Positions 27,466 through 37,000 of a stretch of 64,000 nt of DNA are shown piece by piece; the first letter of the stretch is position 1, and each line of letters starts with the position of its first letter. Position numbers and translations under genes: made by a program. Under the pieces are notes generated by a model. That model did no database searches, had not been told where the DNA came from, and saw only the letters and a program-made list of their open reading frames with translations. This stretch comes from Bacteroidetes bacterium ADurb.Bin037 (GTDB lineage: Bacteria > Bacteroidota > Bacteroidia > Bacteroidales > UBA932), in assembly GCA_002071175.1 (NCBI GenBank), contig MWER01000013.1, positions 71,412 to 135,411 of the forward strand, given 5' to 3'.

Positions 27466-28632
27466 ATGAATTCACCGTTTTCTTTTAACCGTCCCCTACA
27501 AGCACCTGACGTCCTGGGCAGGACTTCAGTAGCTGACTGGTTGACGTCCAATCTTTTAAAAGGACAGCATTCCGTAATATGGGACAATCCGAAAACCGGG
27601 AAATCCTCCCTGATAAACAAAGCACTCATGCAAATCCATAAATCAGATGAGGATCCGATTGTCTGCCGCTTATCTTGTTTCAACATCAGAAGTGAACGAT
27701 CACTGTATGCAACAGTGGCTAACACCCTGTTCCGCTGTGTAGCAGGAACCCTGGGAGAGTGGGAACAACTCGCAACCGCCCTGCTGAAGGCTTGTAATCC
27801 GGAGATATCCGTACCCCGCCTTCAAGATCAGGAATTTTCACTCTTCTTTCCACAGGAACTGACAGAGGAAGCCTTCGGTGAACTGGCCCGTTTTCCCCAG
27901 TCCCTTGCATTGCACCTGAACAGGCCGGTGATCCTTGTAATTGAATCTTTTCACACACTGGTACAATCTTCCGGCACTGCATCGCGTGCTTTCTGCCAGC
28001 GACTTGCAGCTTTGTGGAAAAGCATGGATAAAGTCACTTTTCTGATAAGTGGTTGTGGGAGCACACTTTCTTCAGGCCATTCGGTCTTTCGTGACCTCTT
28101 CGATGTCCGCAGGCCATTCCACGGCTTTGCCGAACATATCCCACTGGGGACAATTGAAGAAAAGGAATTCACAGACTATATAATCCGTTCCTTCTCCAAG
28201 GCAGGAAGGGTCATCTCCAGGGATTATGCAGAGATGATCTACCGCAAAATGGAAGGTCATCCTTATTACGTACAATACTTTGCCGACATTTGTTTTTCCA
28301 ATACAAAGGGTTACATGAACGATGCCATGTACCTCAACGGCATGGAGGAACTTCTCGATATTTTCCAGTCGCCTTTTGAACGCATTTGTCAGGACCTGAC
28401 GACTCCCCAAATCTGTTTTCTGCATGCATTGACAGACGGTGTCGAACAATTCAGTTCCCGGGAAGTGCTTACTAAATACGCACTGAATTCCTCAGCAAAC
28501 GTATATCGTGTACGGGATGCCTTGGAGAAAAAAGCCATTATAGAAACCATAAATAAAAAACCACGTTTCATAGACCCTCTTTTTAAGTTGTGGTTCAAGA
28601 AACGCTTTTGTCAAACATATATATACTGGTAG
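27466..28632 (+). CDS. P-loop NTPase of the archaeal-ATPase/DUF234-like (STAND-related) type
   Basis: The track ORF starts at 27169, but that part overlaps rplU. The in-frame ATG at 27466 (MNSPFSFNRPLQ) follows the -7 box. Walker A is DNPKTGKSSL and a Walker B-like segment is PVILVIESFH. A helical middle is followed by a C-terminal wHTH-like tail (ANVYRVRDALEKKAIIE). Confidence 0.65.
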   Translation: MNSPFSFNRPLQAPDVLGRTSVADWLTSNLLKGQHSVIWDNPKTGKSSLINKALMQIHKSDEDPIVCRLSCFNIRSERSLYATVANTLFRCVAGTLGEWEQLATALLKACNPEISVPRLQDQEFSLFFPQELTEEAFGELARFPQSLALHLNRPVILVIESFHTLVQSSGTASRAFCQRLAALWKSMDKVTFLISGCGSTLSSGHSVFRDLFDVRRPFHGFAEHIPLGTIEEKEFTDYIIRSFSKAGRVISRDYAEMIYRKMEGHPYYVQYFADICFSNTKGYMNDAMYLNGMEELLDIFQSPFERICQDLTTPQICFLHALTDGVEQFSSREVLTKYALNSSANVYRVRDALEKKAIIETINKKPRFIDPLFKLWFKKRFCQTYIYW

Positions 28633-28634
28633 CC

Positions 28635-29324
28635 ATGAAAAAGATCGTAGTATTGACAGGTGCGGGAATGAGCGCACAGAGCGGTATCAGCACTTTCCGC
28701 GACAGCGGCGGTCTCTGGGAAAATTACCCGGTACACGAAGTAGCCTCCATTGAGGGATGGCACAGGAATCCGGAGATCATGCTCAAATTCTATAACGAGC
28801 GCAGAGCAAGCCTGAAAGAGGTACATCCCAATAAAGGGCACCTCATACTGGCAGATCTGGAAAAACATTTTGATGTAAGCATTATTACACAAAACGTAGA
28901 CGACCTCCATGAACGGGCCGGCAGCTCCCGAATCCTTCACCTGCACGGTGAACTTACAAAAGCCCGAAGCAGTGACGATCCCGACCTGATCATAGACATC
29001 GGTTACGAACCCATCAGGTGGGGTGACAAGGCCCCTGACCAAACACAGCTCCGCCCCCATATTGTCTGGTTTGGGGAATCGGTCCCTGAAATGACCAGGG
29101 CAGTGGAATGGACGCGCCGGGCAGAGATCATGATCGTGGTAGGCACATCACTGGCGGTCTATCCGGCTGCCGGTCTGATAGATTTCACAAGGGAAAACGT
29201 TCCCTTGTTCCTGATTGACCCAAAACCGGCTCCCGTAAGGAAGACAAACCTGCACGTGATAGCCGAAAAAGCGGTAGAAGGGCTGGAACGGTTGGAAAAG
29301 ATATTGATCGACAAGTATGTATGA
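28635..29324 (+). CDS. cobB: SIR2-family NAD-dependent protein deacylase (CobB-like), lacking the Cys4 zinc module
   Basis: Start at MKKIVVLTGAGMSAQSGISTFR (ATG 28635, 2 nt after the upstream stop). QNVDDLHERAG, LHLHGE (catalytic His), VVGTSLAVYPAAG. There is no Cys between HG and VWFGE. Confidence 0.85.
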   Translation: MKKIVVLTGAGMSAQSGISTFRDSGGLWENYPVHEVASIEGWHRNPEIMLKFYNERRASLKEVHPNKGHLILADLEKHFDVSIITQNVDDLHERAGSSRILHLHGELTKARSSDDPDLIIDIGYEPIRWGDKAPDQTQLRPHIVWFGESVPEMTRAVEWTRRAEIMIVVGTSLAVYPAAGLIDFTRENVPLFLIDPKPAPVRKTNLHVIAEKAVEGLERLEKILIDKYV

Positions 29325-32134
29325 AATCTAAAAAACCATTTGCCGGGATCCTCCCAAGGGAACGGATCAAAACCGATTACCTGCATCGTCTTGCCTGGGG
29401 GACCGATGCCAGCTTTTACAGAAAGATCCCCCGTGTAGTTCTTTTTCCTGAAACGGAAGGAGAAGTTGCCGGGATCATGGCCAAATGTTATAAAGAAAAA
29501 ATTGCCGTAACATTCCGTGCGGCAGGAACGAGTCTTTCCGGACAAAGCCTCTCCGATAGCGTCCTTTTAGTTGCAGCCACAAAATGGGATAAATATAAAG
29601 TATCCGGCAATGCGGAAACCATCACGCTGCAACCGGGAATTGTAGGTGACCGGGTCAATGAGATATTGAAACCTTACGGCAAAAAATTCTCCCCCGACCC
29701 GGCTTCCGTCTCTTCAGCCATGGTGGGAGGGATCATTGCCAACAATGCTTCAGGGATGAATTGCGGGACCCATGCCAACAGCCACCGGGTAGTACGTTCC
29801 ATGCGCCTGGTATTGGCGGACGGAACGGTATTGGATACCGGCGACCGGGCATCCAGAGATGCGTTCGGCAGGACACACCCGAAATTCCTTACGGAACTGA
29901 TGCGTATCAGGGACTGTGTCAGGGATAACCCTTCCCTGACGGAAAAGATACGGTACAAATACAGCATAAAAAACGTTACGGGATTGAATTTGCTCCCGCT
30001 TGTGGAATGTGAAGATCCCTTTGACCTGATAACACACCTGATCGTAGGTTCGGAAGGTACGCTGGCTTTTCTGTCGGAAGTCACGGTAAGTACCGAACCC
30101 CTGTGGCCCCTGCGAGCCAGTTCGATGGTTTACTTCACTTCTATTGGGGAAGCATGCTGCGCCGTTCAGGCACTAAAGGAAATGCCTGTCATCGGAGTTG
30201 AACTCCTGGATAGAAAAGCGCTCAGATCCGTAGAAGGACGCAAGGGAATACCCGATTATATAAAGGACTTCCCGGAAGGTACGACTGCTCTCTTAATAGA
30301 AACGGCAAGCCGGAAAAAAACAGAACTTCAGGAAAATATAAAGATCATTACAGACGGTCTGGAACGTTTCGATAAACTACACCCCGTATCATTTACCGAT
30401 AAAGAAAGCGAATATTCCGTATTGTGGAATATCCGTGCCGGGATCTTCCCTTCCGTCGGAGGCATGAGAGCTTCCGGATCTACCTGCCTGATCGAGGATG
30501 TGGCATTTCACCTTGAAGACCTGCCGCAAGCAGTTGCAGAGCTCCAGGATATCATTGTAAAACACGGATACCATGATGGTGTCATCTATGGGCATGCCCT
30601 GGAAGGCAATTTCCATTTCATTCTCAATCAATCCTTTGATTCTCAGTCAGAAGTATCACGTTATGAGGCCCTGATGAAAGAAGTGATCTCATTGGTTGCC
30701 GGAAAGTATAACGGATCACTTAAGGCAGAACACGGTACCGGACGGAATATGGCTCCCTTCGTGGCGACGGAATGGGGAGAAGAGGCCTTCAATATCATGA
30801 AACGCATTAAAAACCTTTTTGATCCGTTGAACATCCTCAATCCGGGAGTTATTTTCAATGACGATCCCCATTGCCATATAAAGGATTTCAAACCTATGCC
30901 GGTAGTCCATCCGACGGTGGACAAATGTATCGAATGCGGTTTCTGCGAGGTCAATTGCCTTACCTGGGGAAAGACCCTCAGCTCCAGGCAAAGGATCATT
31001 GTCCAGCGTGAGGTCAGGCGACTCCGTGAAACCGGAGAAAATCCCGGATTACTCAAGCAACTGGACAAGGATTATTTCTATCCCGGACGAGCGACCTGTG
31101 CAGGAGACGGGCTCTGTGCCACCTCCTGCCCTATGGAGATCAATACCGGGGACCTTACCCATTACCTTAGGGAACAGGCCTATCCCCCCGGAACGTTGGA
31201 TGAAATGCTGGGTCGTCTGTCGGCCGATCATTTTCAGGGATTGAAAAACAGTATGCGCCTGGTACTTCGAATGGCCCGAATAGCCCACATCCTGTTAGGC
31301 TCTTCTTTGATGGCATGGATTTGCCGTATGGCACATAAGATGGGATTTCCTCTCTGGACCCCGGCCATGCCGGGAGCACACAGGGTAAAACCCCTGCAAC
31401 AAGCTCCCTGTAAAGAAAAAGACAAGGTAGTCTACTTTCCTTCATGCATCAACCAAAGTATGGGTACGGCGCATGGCGCACCGGATAACACCCCTCTTAC
31501 CGATAAAATGGTAAACCTGCTCCATAAAGCAGGATTCGAGGTGATCTTTCCGGACAATATGGACAAGCTCTGCTGCGGAACTATATGGGAAAGCAAGGGA
31601 ATGCCCCATATTGCCGATCAAAAGACGGCGGAACTTAACGGTGCCCTCTGGATAGCCAGCCGGGCCGGCAAATATCCCGTCCTCTGCGACCAAAGTCCCT
31701 GTTTGTACAGAATGCGTGAAAAAATCAACAACATGTATTTATATGAACCGGTGGAATTCATAGAAAAGTTCCTGGTACCCCGATTGGATTTTCATCCGAC
31801 CACGCAGCCTGTAGCCTTACATGTTACATGTACAACGCGTAAAATGCATCTGGAAAATGAAATGATAAGATTGGCCCAAAGGTGTTCAAAGCGTGTGATC
31901 ATCCCTGAAGAAGTGGGATGTTGCGGCTTTGCCGGGGATAAAGGCTTTGTACGGCCCGAAGTGAATGCCTATGCCCTGAGAAAACTCAAGCCGCAATTGG
32001 AAACTGCAGGAGTCAAGACGGGATACTCCAATAGCCGTACCTGCGAGATCGGGTTGATGACAAACGGCGGCATCCCTTACATGTCTCTTGTGTATCTTGT
32101 AGATTCGTGTACCACACCAAAAACGTCTGTCTAA
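29321..32134 (+). CDS. FAD-binding oxidase fused to Fe-S/CCG-domain oxidoreductase (D-lactate/glycolate dehydrogenase-like, GlcD-GlcF fusion type)
   Basis: 937 aa. FAD-binding PCMH region (VTFRAAGTSLSGQS). 4Fe-4S motifs CIECGFCEVNC and CAGDGLCATSCP. C-terminal cysteine-rich CCG-type repeats (KLCCGT, VGCCGFAG). ATGA overlap with the sirtuin stop. Confidence 0.8.
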   Translation: MKSKKPFAGILPRERIKTDYLHRLAWGTDASFYRKIPRVVLFPETEGEVAGIMAKCYKEKIAVTFRAAGTSLSGQSLSDSVLLVAATKWDKYKVSGNAETITLQPGIVGDRVNEILKPYGKKFSPDPASVSSAMVGGIIANNASGMNCGTHANSHRVVRSMRLVLADGTVLDTGDRASRDAFGRTHPKFLTELMRIRDCVRDNPSLTEKIRYKYSIKNVTGLNLLPLVECEDPFDLITHLIVGSEGTLAFLSEVTVSTEPLWPLRASSMVYFTSIGEACCAVQALKEMPVIGVELLDRKALRSVEGRKGIPDYIKDFPEGTTALLIETASRKKTELQENIKIITDGLERFDKLHPVSFTDKESEYSVLWNIRAGIFPSVGGMRASGSTCLIEDVAFHLEDLPQAVAELQDIIVKHGYHDGVIYGHALEGNFHFILNQSFDSQSEVSRYEALMKEVISLVAGKYNGSLKAEHGTGRNMAPFVATEWGEEAFNIMKRIKNLFDPLNILNPGVIFNDDPHCHIKDFKPMPVVHPTVDKCIECGFCEVNCLTWGKTLSSRQRIIVQREVRRLRETGENPGLLKQLDKDYFYPGRATCAGDGLCATSCPMEINTGDLTHYLREQAYPPGTLDEMLGRLSADHFQGLKNSMRLVLRMARIAHILLGSSLMAWICRMAHKMGFPLWTPAMPGAHRVKPLQQAPCKEKDKVVYFPSCINQSMGTAHGAPDNTPLTDKMVNLLHKAGFEVIFPDNMDKLCCGTIWESKGMPHIADQKTAELNGALWIASRAGKYPVLCDQSPCLYRMREKINNMYLYEPVEFIEKFLVPRLDFHPTTQPVALHVTCTTRKMHLENEMIRLAQRCSKRVIIPEEVGCCGFAGDKGFVRPEVNAYALRKLKPQLETAGVKTGYSNSRTCEIGLMTNGGIPYMSLVYLVDSCTTPKTSV

Positions 32135-32142
32135 AGAAAAAC

Positions 32143-34014
32143 ATGAAACACAGAATTTTACTGTTTATAGCTATTGGTTGTCTGATTGGCGGATGCAGCC
32201 GTTCCGGCCGTACCTGCTTTGCCGTCATAGCCGATACGCACATCAATTTGAACGTTCCCGGAGCCGGGGAAGAACTCCTGACCGTTATCCGGGACATCAA
32301 CACACAGGACAGTATCGACTTTGTGATCCTGGCCGGGGACATCACCGAATTCGGTTCGGACCGGGAGATCCGGGAAGCCCGCAGGATATTGGATTCGTTG
32401 CAAAAGCCATGGTATATCCTTTCAGGGAACCATGATTCCAAATGGTCTGAAAGCGGATGCAACACCTTTGTGGAAATATTTGACTACGAACAGTTCTCTT
32501 TTGTCCACAACAACATGGTTTTCATAGGCACCAATTCCGGTCCCAATATGCGTATGGCCCCTGCCCTTGTTCCACGCGAAAGCATTGTCTGGCTGGACAG
32601 CCTGCTACAAACCATTCCCAAAAAGATGCCTGTTATTTTCATTAACCATTATCCGCTGACGGAAGATATGAGCAATTACAGGCAGGTCATTGAATTGCTT
32701 AAAACAAGGAATATACAGATGACCATTTGCGGACATTACCACACAAATGAAGCATTTACCGCAGGAGGCATTCCTTCATTCAAGTGCCGCTCCGCCCTTT
32801 CCAAAGGATATGAAGGACCGGGATACAACCTGGTAACGATAGAAAAAGGGAAAGTGACATTCAGGGAACGTATAGCGCTTCCCGATCGCATCAGTTCCTA
32901 TACACAACCGCCCTGGCATTCCTTTACCTTTTCAAAAAGGCGGTTTTTCCTTACAGACAGCCTGAAGCACAGTGGTACAGAGCCCATAGATCCCCAACTG
33001 GAAATTATCTGGAGCATCCAGGATGACAGTGATATAGGATCGGCTGCCATGGCGGATAGCGCTTCGAAAACCGTTGTCTTCGCCAATACCAGAGGTGTAA
33101 TTAAAGCCGTCACACTGGACGACGGAACTCCATTATGGAGTACTTCCACCAACGGTAAGATATATTCCACTCCCCATATAGCCGGTCAGCGGATCTACAT
33201 AGGCTCTACGGACAGGAACGTTTACTGCCTGGATCTGCACAACGGTAACATCATCTGGAAATACACCACCGGAAAGTCAATCGTAGCATCTCCTGCCGTT
33301 ATGGCCGGCGTCGTATATATAGGCGGATCGGACAATACTTTCCGGGCACTGGATGCAGACAACGGGCAATTGCTGTGGGAATATACCGGAATCAACGGCT
33401 TTATGGAATCAAAACCATATGTCGATCCGTACCAGGTGGTGACCGGATCCTGGGGCAATGAATTGTATTCGTTCCATCCCCTGACCGGGAAGTTACAGTG
33501 GATATGGGAAAACAGACACAGGGGCCGCATGTATTCTCCTGCAGCGACCTGGCCGGTAAAAGCGGGCGGAAAAATCTTCATTACCACTCCCGAAAGGAAG
33601 TGTTACGCTATAGATGCACGTACAGGAAAGACCGTATGGGAGGCAGAAGGCGGAAGGGAAAGCATCGGTCTGTCCGACGACAAACAGCAGGTGTACGTCA
33701 AGACCATGTTCGATTCCCTGTATGCTTTCCATACCGTCCCCGGCAAAGCTTTGTCAAAATGGCGTGTAGCAGGCGGTTTCGGCTATGAGATAGGTCCGTC
33801 ACCCGTCACATCACAGGATGGGTTGGTGTTTGTCCCTTCGGCCAAGGGGGTGTTGTACGCTTACGACAAGGACAACGGATCTGCCCGGTGGCATATCCGG
33901 CTGTCCGACGGGCTGATCAATTACGCCCAACCTGTAGGAAATTCAAAATTGATAGTCTCTACCCTGGACGGACAAGTGTACCTTATCGGCTACAAAAACG
34001 ACGTGCTTCAATAA
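32143..34014 (+). CDS. Lipoprotein: calcineurin-like metallophosphoesterase fused to PQQ/BamB-like beta-propeller
   Basis: Start at MKHRILLFIAIGCLIGGCS (ATG 32143). Phosphoesterase motifs ADTHIN, LAGDITEFG, GNHD, GHYH. The C-terminal ~330 aa has repeated PQQ-type blades (G.IKAV.LDDGTPLW, VYCLDLHNGNIIW, FRALDADNGQLLW, CYAIDARTGKTVW, LYAYDKDNGSARW). Confidence 0.7.
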   Translation: MKHRILLFIAIGCLIGGCSRSGRTCFAVIADTHINLNVPGAGEELLTVIRDINTQDSIDFVILAGDITEFGSDREIREARRILDSLQKPWYILSGNHDSKWSESGCNTFVEIFDYEQFSFVHNNMVFIGTNSGPNMRMAPALVPRESIVWLDSLLQTIPKKMPVIFINHYPLTEDMSNYRQVIELLKTRNIQMTICGHYHTNEAFTAGGIPSFKCRSALSKGYEGPGYNLVTIEKGKVTFRERIALPDRISSYTQPPWHSFTFSKRRFFLTDSLKHSGTEPIDPQLEIIWSIQDDSDIGSAAMADSASKTVVFANTRGVIKAVTLDDGTPLWSTSTNGKIYSTPHIAGQRIYIGSTDRNVYCLDLHNGNIIWKYTTGKSIVASPAVMAGVVYIGGSDNTFRALDADNGQLLWEYTGINGFMESKPYVDPYQVVTGSWGNELYSFHPLTGKLQWIWENRHRGRMYSPAATWPVKAGGKIFITTPERKCYAIDARTGKTVWEAEGGRESIGLSDDKQQVYVKTMFDSLYAFHTVPGKALSKWRVAGGFGYEIGPSPVTSQDGLVFVPSAKGVLYAYDKDNGSARWHIRLSDGLINYAQPVGNSKLIVSTLDGQVYLIGYKNDVLQ

Positions 34015-37000
34015 ACATGGAAAGCCACGGAGAAACCTCATCATCCGTTCTGTGGGCCGGATAAAACGGCCAGTTCCAGGGATATATACAACGTTCCGGA
34101 TGCGGCATCATTGCCAGGTGCCGGCCGCATAAGCTGACTACTGCAGCTACACCGCCGGAAGACCCGTTCGGATTTGCCGGATACGTATCGTAAGAGTAAC
34201 GCATGGCTACTTTATAACCTTCACCGGAGGAAGGGAAGTGAAAACGTCCCTCGCCGTGTGCAATCCAGATACCCAGACGACTCCCCTGCAAGGCTCTCAA
34301 AAAAACGGACGGGCTTTCTTCAACGGTGACGTTCACAAAACCGCTTTCAAATTTGCCCGATTCATTGGGCAGCATTTTGGGAGAACGCTCCGGTGCGGAC
34401 GGTGTAATAAGCCCCAATTCCGCCATAAGCTGGCATCCGTTGCAAACTCCCAGGCTCAACGTATCCTTCCGGGCATAAAAACGATCCAGTGCTTCTTTTG
34501 CCTTGGAATTGTATAGAAAAGCACCGGCCCATCCCTTGGCCGATCCGAGCGTGTCGGCATTGGAAAAGCCCCCTACAAAAACGATCAGCCGGACATCATC
34601 CAGTGTTTCCCTGCCTGAGATCAGATCTGTCGTATGTACGTCACGTACCTCAAACCCGGCCAGGTAAAGCATCCAGGCCATTTCCCTGTCACACTGGGAT
34701 CCCTTTTCCCGGATGATGGCTGCCTGGGGAAAAGGTCCTTTGGGAATCTTGTCCCGAACCTCCATCCTGCCGTTAAACCAGCCGGGGAATTGGAATTGCA
34801 GCGGAGTCTTCCCAAAACGTTCAAAACGTTCCCGGGCTTTTTCAGGACCGCTCTGCCGGATGTCCATCAGGTATGAAGGGCGGAACCATAGTTCCCTGAG
34901 TTTGTCAATATCAAACGAAAGTGTCTGATCCACGAAGATCTTCCTCTCCGGGCAAGGCGATCCGAGGATCCATGTCTTTACATTCTCTTGTAACAACAAG
35001 CCCAAAGCCTGCGGGATCTTATCCGAACGGATCTGAAGCACTACACCGGGATATTCGGCAAACAAGGCAGCTGCGCGGTCGGTACCGGCAATGTCGGACA
35101 GAACGTTTTCCCTCAGGCAGATCCCTCCCCTGACATTGGCAAAGCACATTTCAAGCAAACAGGTAAGCAGGCCTCCGGCAGAAATATCGTGTCCCGAAAG
35201 GACCGTTCCCTGCGCTATCAATGATTGTATCGCCTCGAATCCCCTTTTGAAAACCTGCGGATCTTCCACATCGGGGCAGCCGGCACCGATCTTACCCAAA
35301 CACTGAGCCAGGGCCGAACCACCCAAATGATACTGATTTACCTCCCGTCCCGAGAGATCGATCAACAGTAAAACCGAGCCCGGATCCTTCAGATCTATCA
35401 CGGGACAGACCTTCCTGCGTACATCAGGAACAGGTGCTACGGCCGTAATGATCACCGTTCCGGGGGAAAGGACTTTCGTGCCGTCGGGATACTTTTGTGT
35501 CATAGACAACGAATCTTTCCCGGTAGGGATATTAATCCCCAGTTGACAGGCAAAATCGCTTGCGGCCTTTACGGCCCGGTACAGCCGTGCATCTTCTCCC
35601 CTGTTCCGACAGGGCCACATCCAGTTGGCACTCAGGGATACATCCCGCAGGCCGTTCTCGAGCCGTACAAAAACGAGGTTTGTCAATGCTTCCGAGATCG
35701 CCAGGCGGCTTCCCGCAGCCGGATCTATAAGACCCGGTACCGGAGCGTGACCGAGGGAAGCAACGATGCCTGAAAATCCCTTTGAAGAAGGTACATACCC
35801 TATGGCCGTCAATCCGTAATCGTTCAAAGGCAATTGCAATTCCCCGACACATTGCTGGCCGGCAACCCATCCCGTGACCGAACGGTCCACCTTGTTTGTC
35901 AGCCAATCTTTGCAGGCAACCGATTCCAGTTGCATTACCTTTTCTGCGTAATCCTTCAGGGCTGCATTGTCCTGTTCACAACTAAACGATTCAAAAACGG
36001 GATCGTCCGTAACATCTTCCATCAGGGTACGCGGCACAGATCCGAACATATCTTTCAATGCCAGGTCAATGGCTTTTTCCCCTGTACGCGAACTTTCAAA
36101 TGTAAAACGTCCATCCCCCGTAATCTCACCTATCACATACATGGGGGCACGTTCCCGGGCCGCTATATCCTGCAGTAAAGGAATGTCGGCCGGAGCCATG
36201 ACAAGGCCCATGCGTTCCTGGGATTCGTTCCCTATAATCTCCTTGGCGCTTAAGGTAGGATCTCCCAGGGGAAGTTGATCGATGTCCACTTTGCCGCCTG
36301 CCTCATCTACCAGTTCGGAAAGGCAGTTCAGATGACCGCCGGCTCCGTGGTCGTGTATCGATATAACCGGATTGACATCATTTTCCGCCAATGCCCTGAT
36401 TGCATTGTAAACACGTTTTTGCATCTCGGGATTTGACCTTTGAACGGCATTCAGTTCTATGACATGACCGTACTGGCCGGTATCGACCGATGAAACGGCT
36501 CCCCCACCCATACCGATCCGGTAGTTGTCACCACCCAGAAGTACGATCTTATCCCCTTTGCGCGGTTTTTCTTTCAAGGCATCTTTAAGCCGGGCAAAAC
36601 CGATCCCTCCTGCCAGCATAATGACTTTATCGTACCCGAAACGGTGAGCGGACCCGATATGTTCAAAACACAGCAGAGATCCGCAAATAAGAGGCTGCCC
36701 GAATTTGTTCCCGAAATCGCTTGCCCCGTCCGAAGCTTTAGTCAATATATCTTCCGGTGAATGGTACAGCCATTCCCTGGCCTGTTCCCTTTGCAGACCG
36801 CTCCCGATCCTGGGATAAGAGGTCATATAGACTGCAGTCCCGGCTATCGGGAACGCAGCTTTTCCACCGGCTATGCGGTCCCTGATCTCTCCCCCGCTTC
36901 CGGTAGCCGCTCCGTTAAAAGGTTCTATCGTAGTAGGAAAATTGTGGGTTTCGGCTTTAAGACTGATCACGGTATCGTTTCGAACGATCCTGAAATTTCC

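Noticed and set aside
28635-29324. Classifying the sirtuin as a known defence effector (Thoeris ThsA, DSR1/2, SIR2-HerA)
   Set aside because: The window has no SLOG, TIR, HerA or pAgo partner, and the protein is only 229 aa with no extra domains. It has core-genome composition and a canonical CobB-like motif set. I kept only the more cautious operon-level observation as a finding.
33983-34014. Convergent 3' overlaps (purL with the phosphoesterase-propeller gene, 32 nt; also ruvC/rluD 21583..21620, aminotransferase/nitroreductase 12766..12779 and VOC/glycerate kinase 7607..7626) as possible antisense regulation
   Set aside because: Short convergent overlaps are common in compact bacterial genomes, and nothing else in the sequence singles them out.
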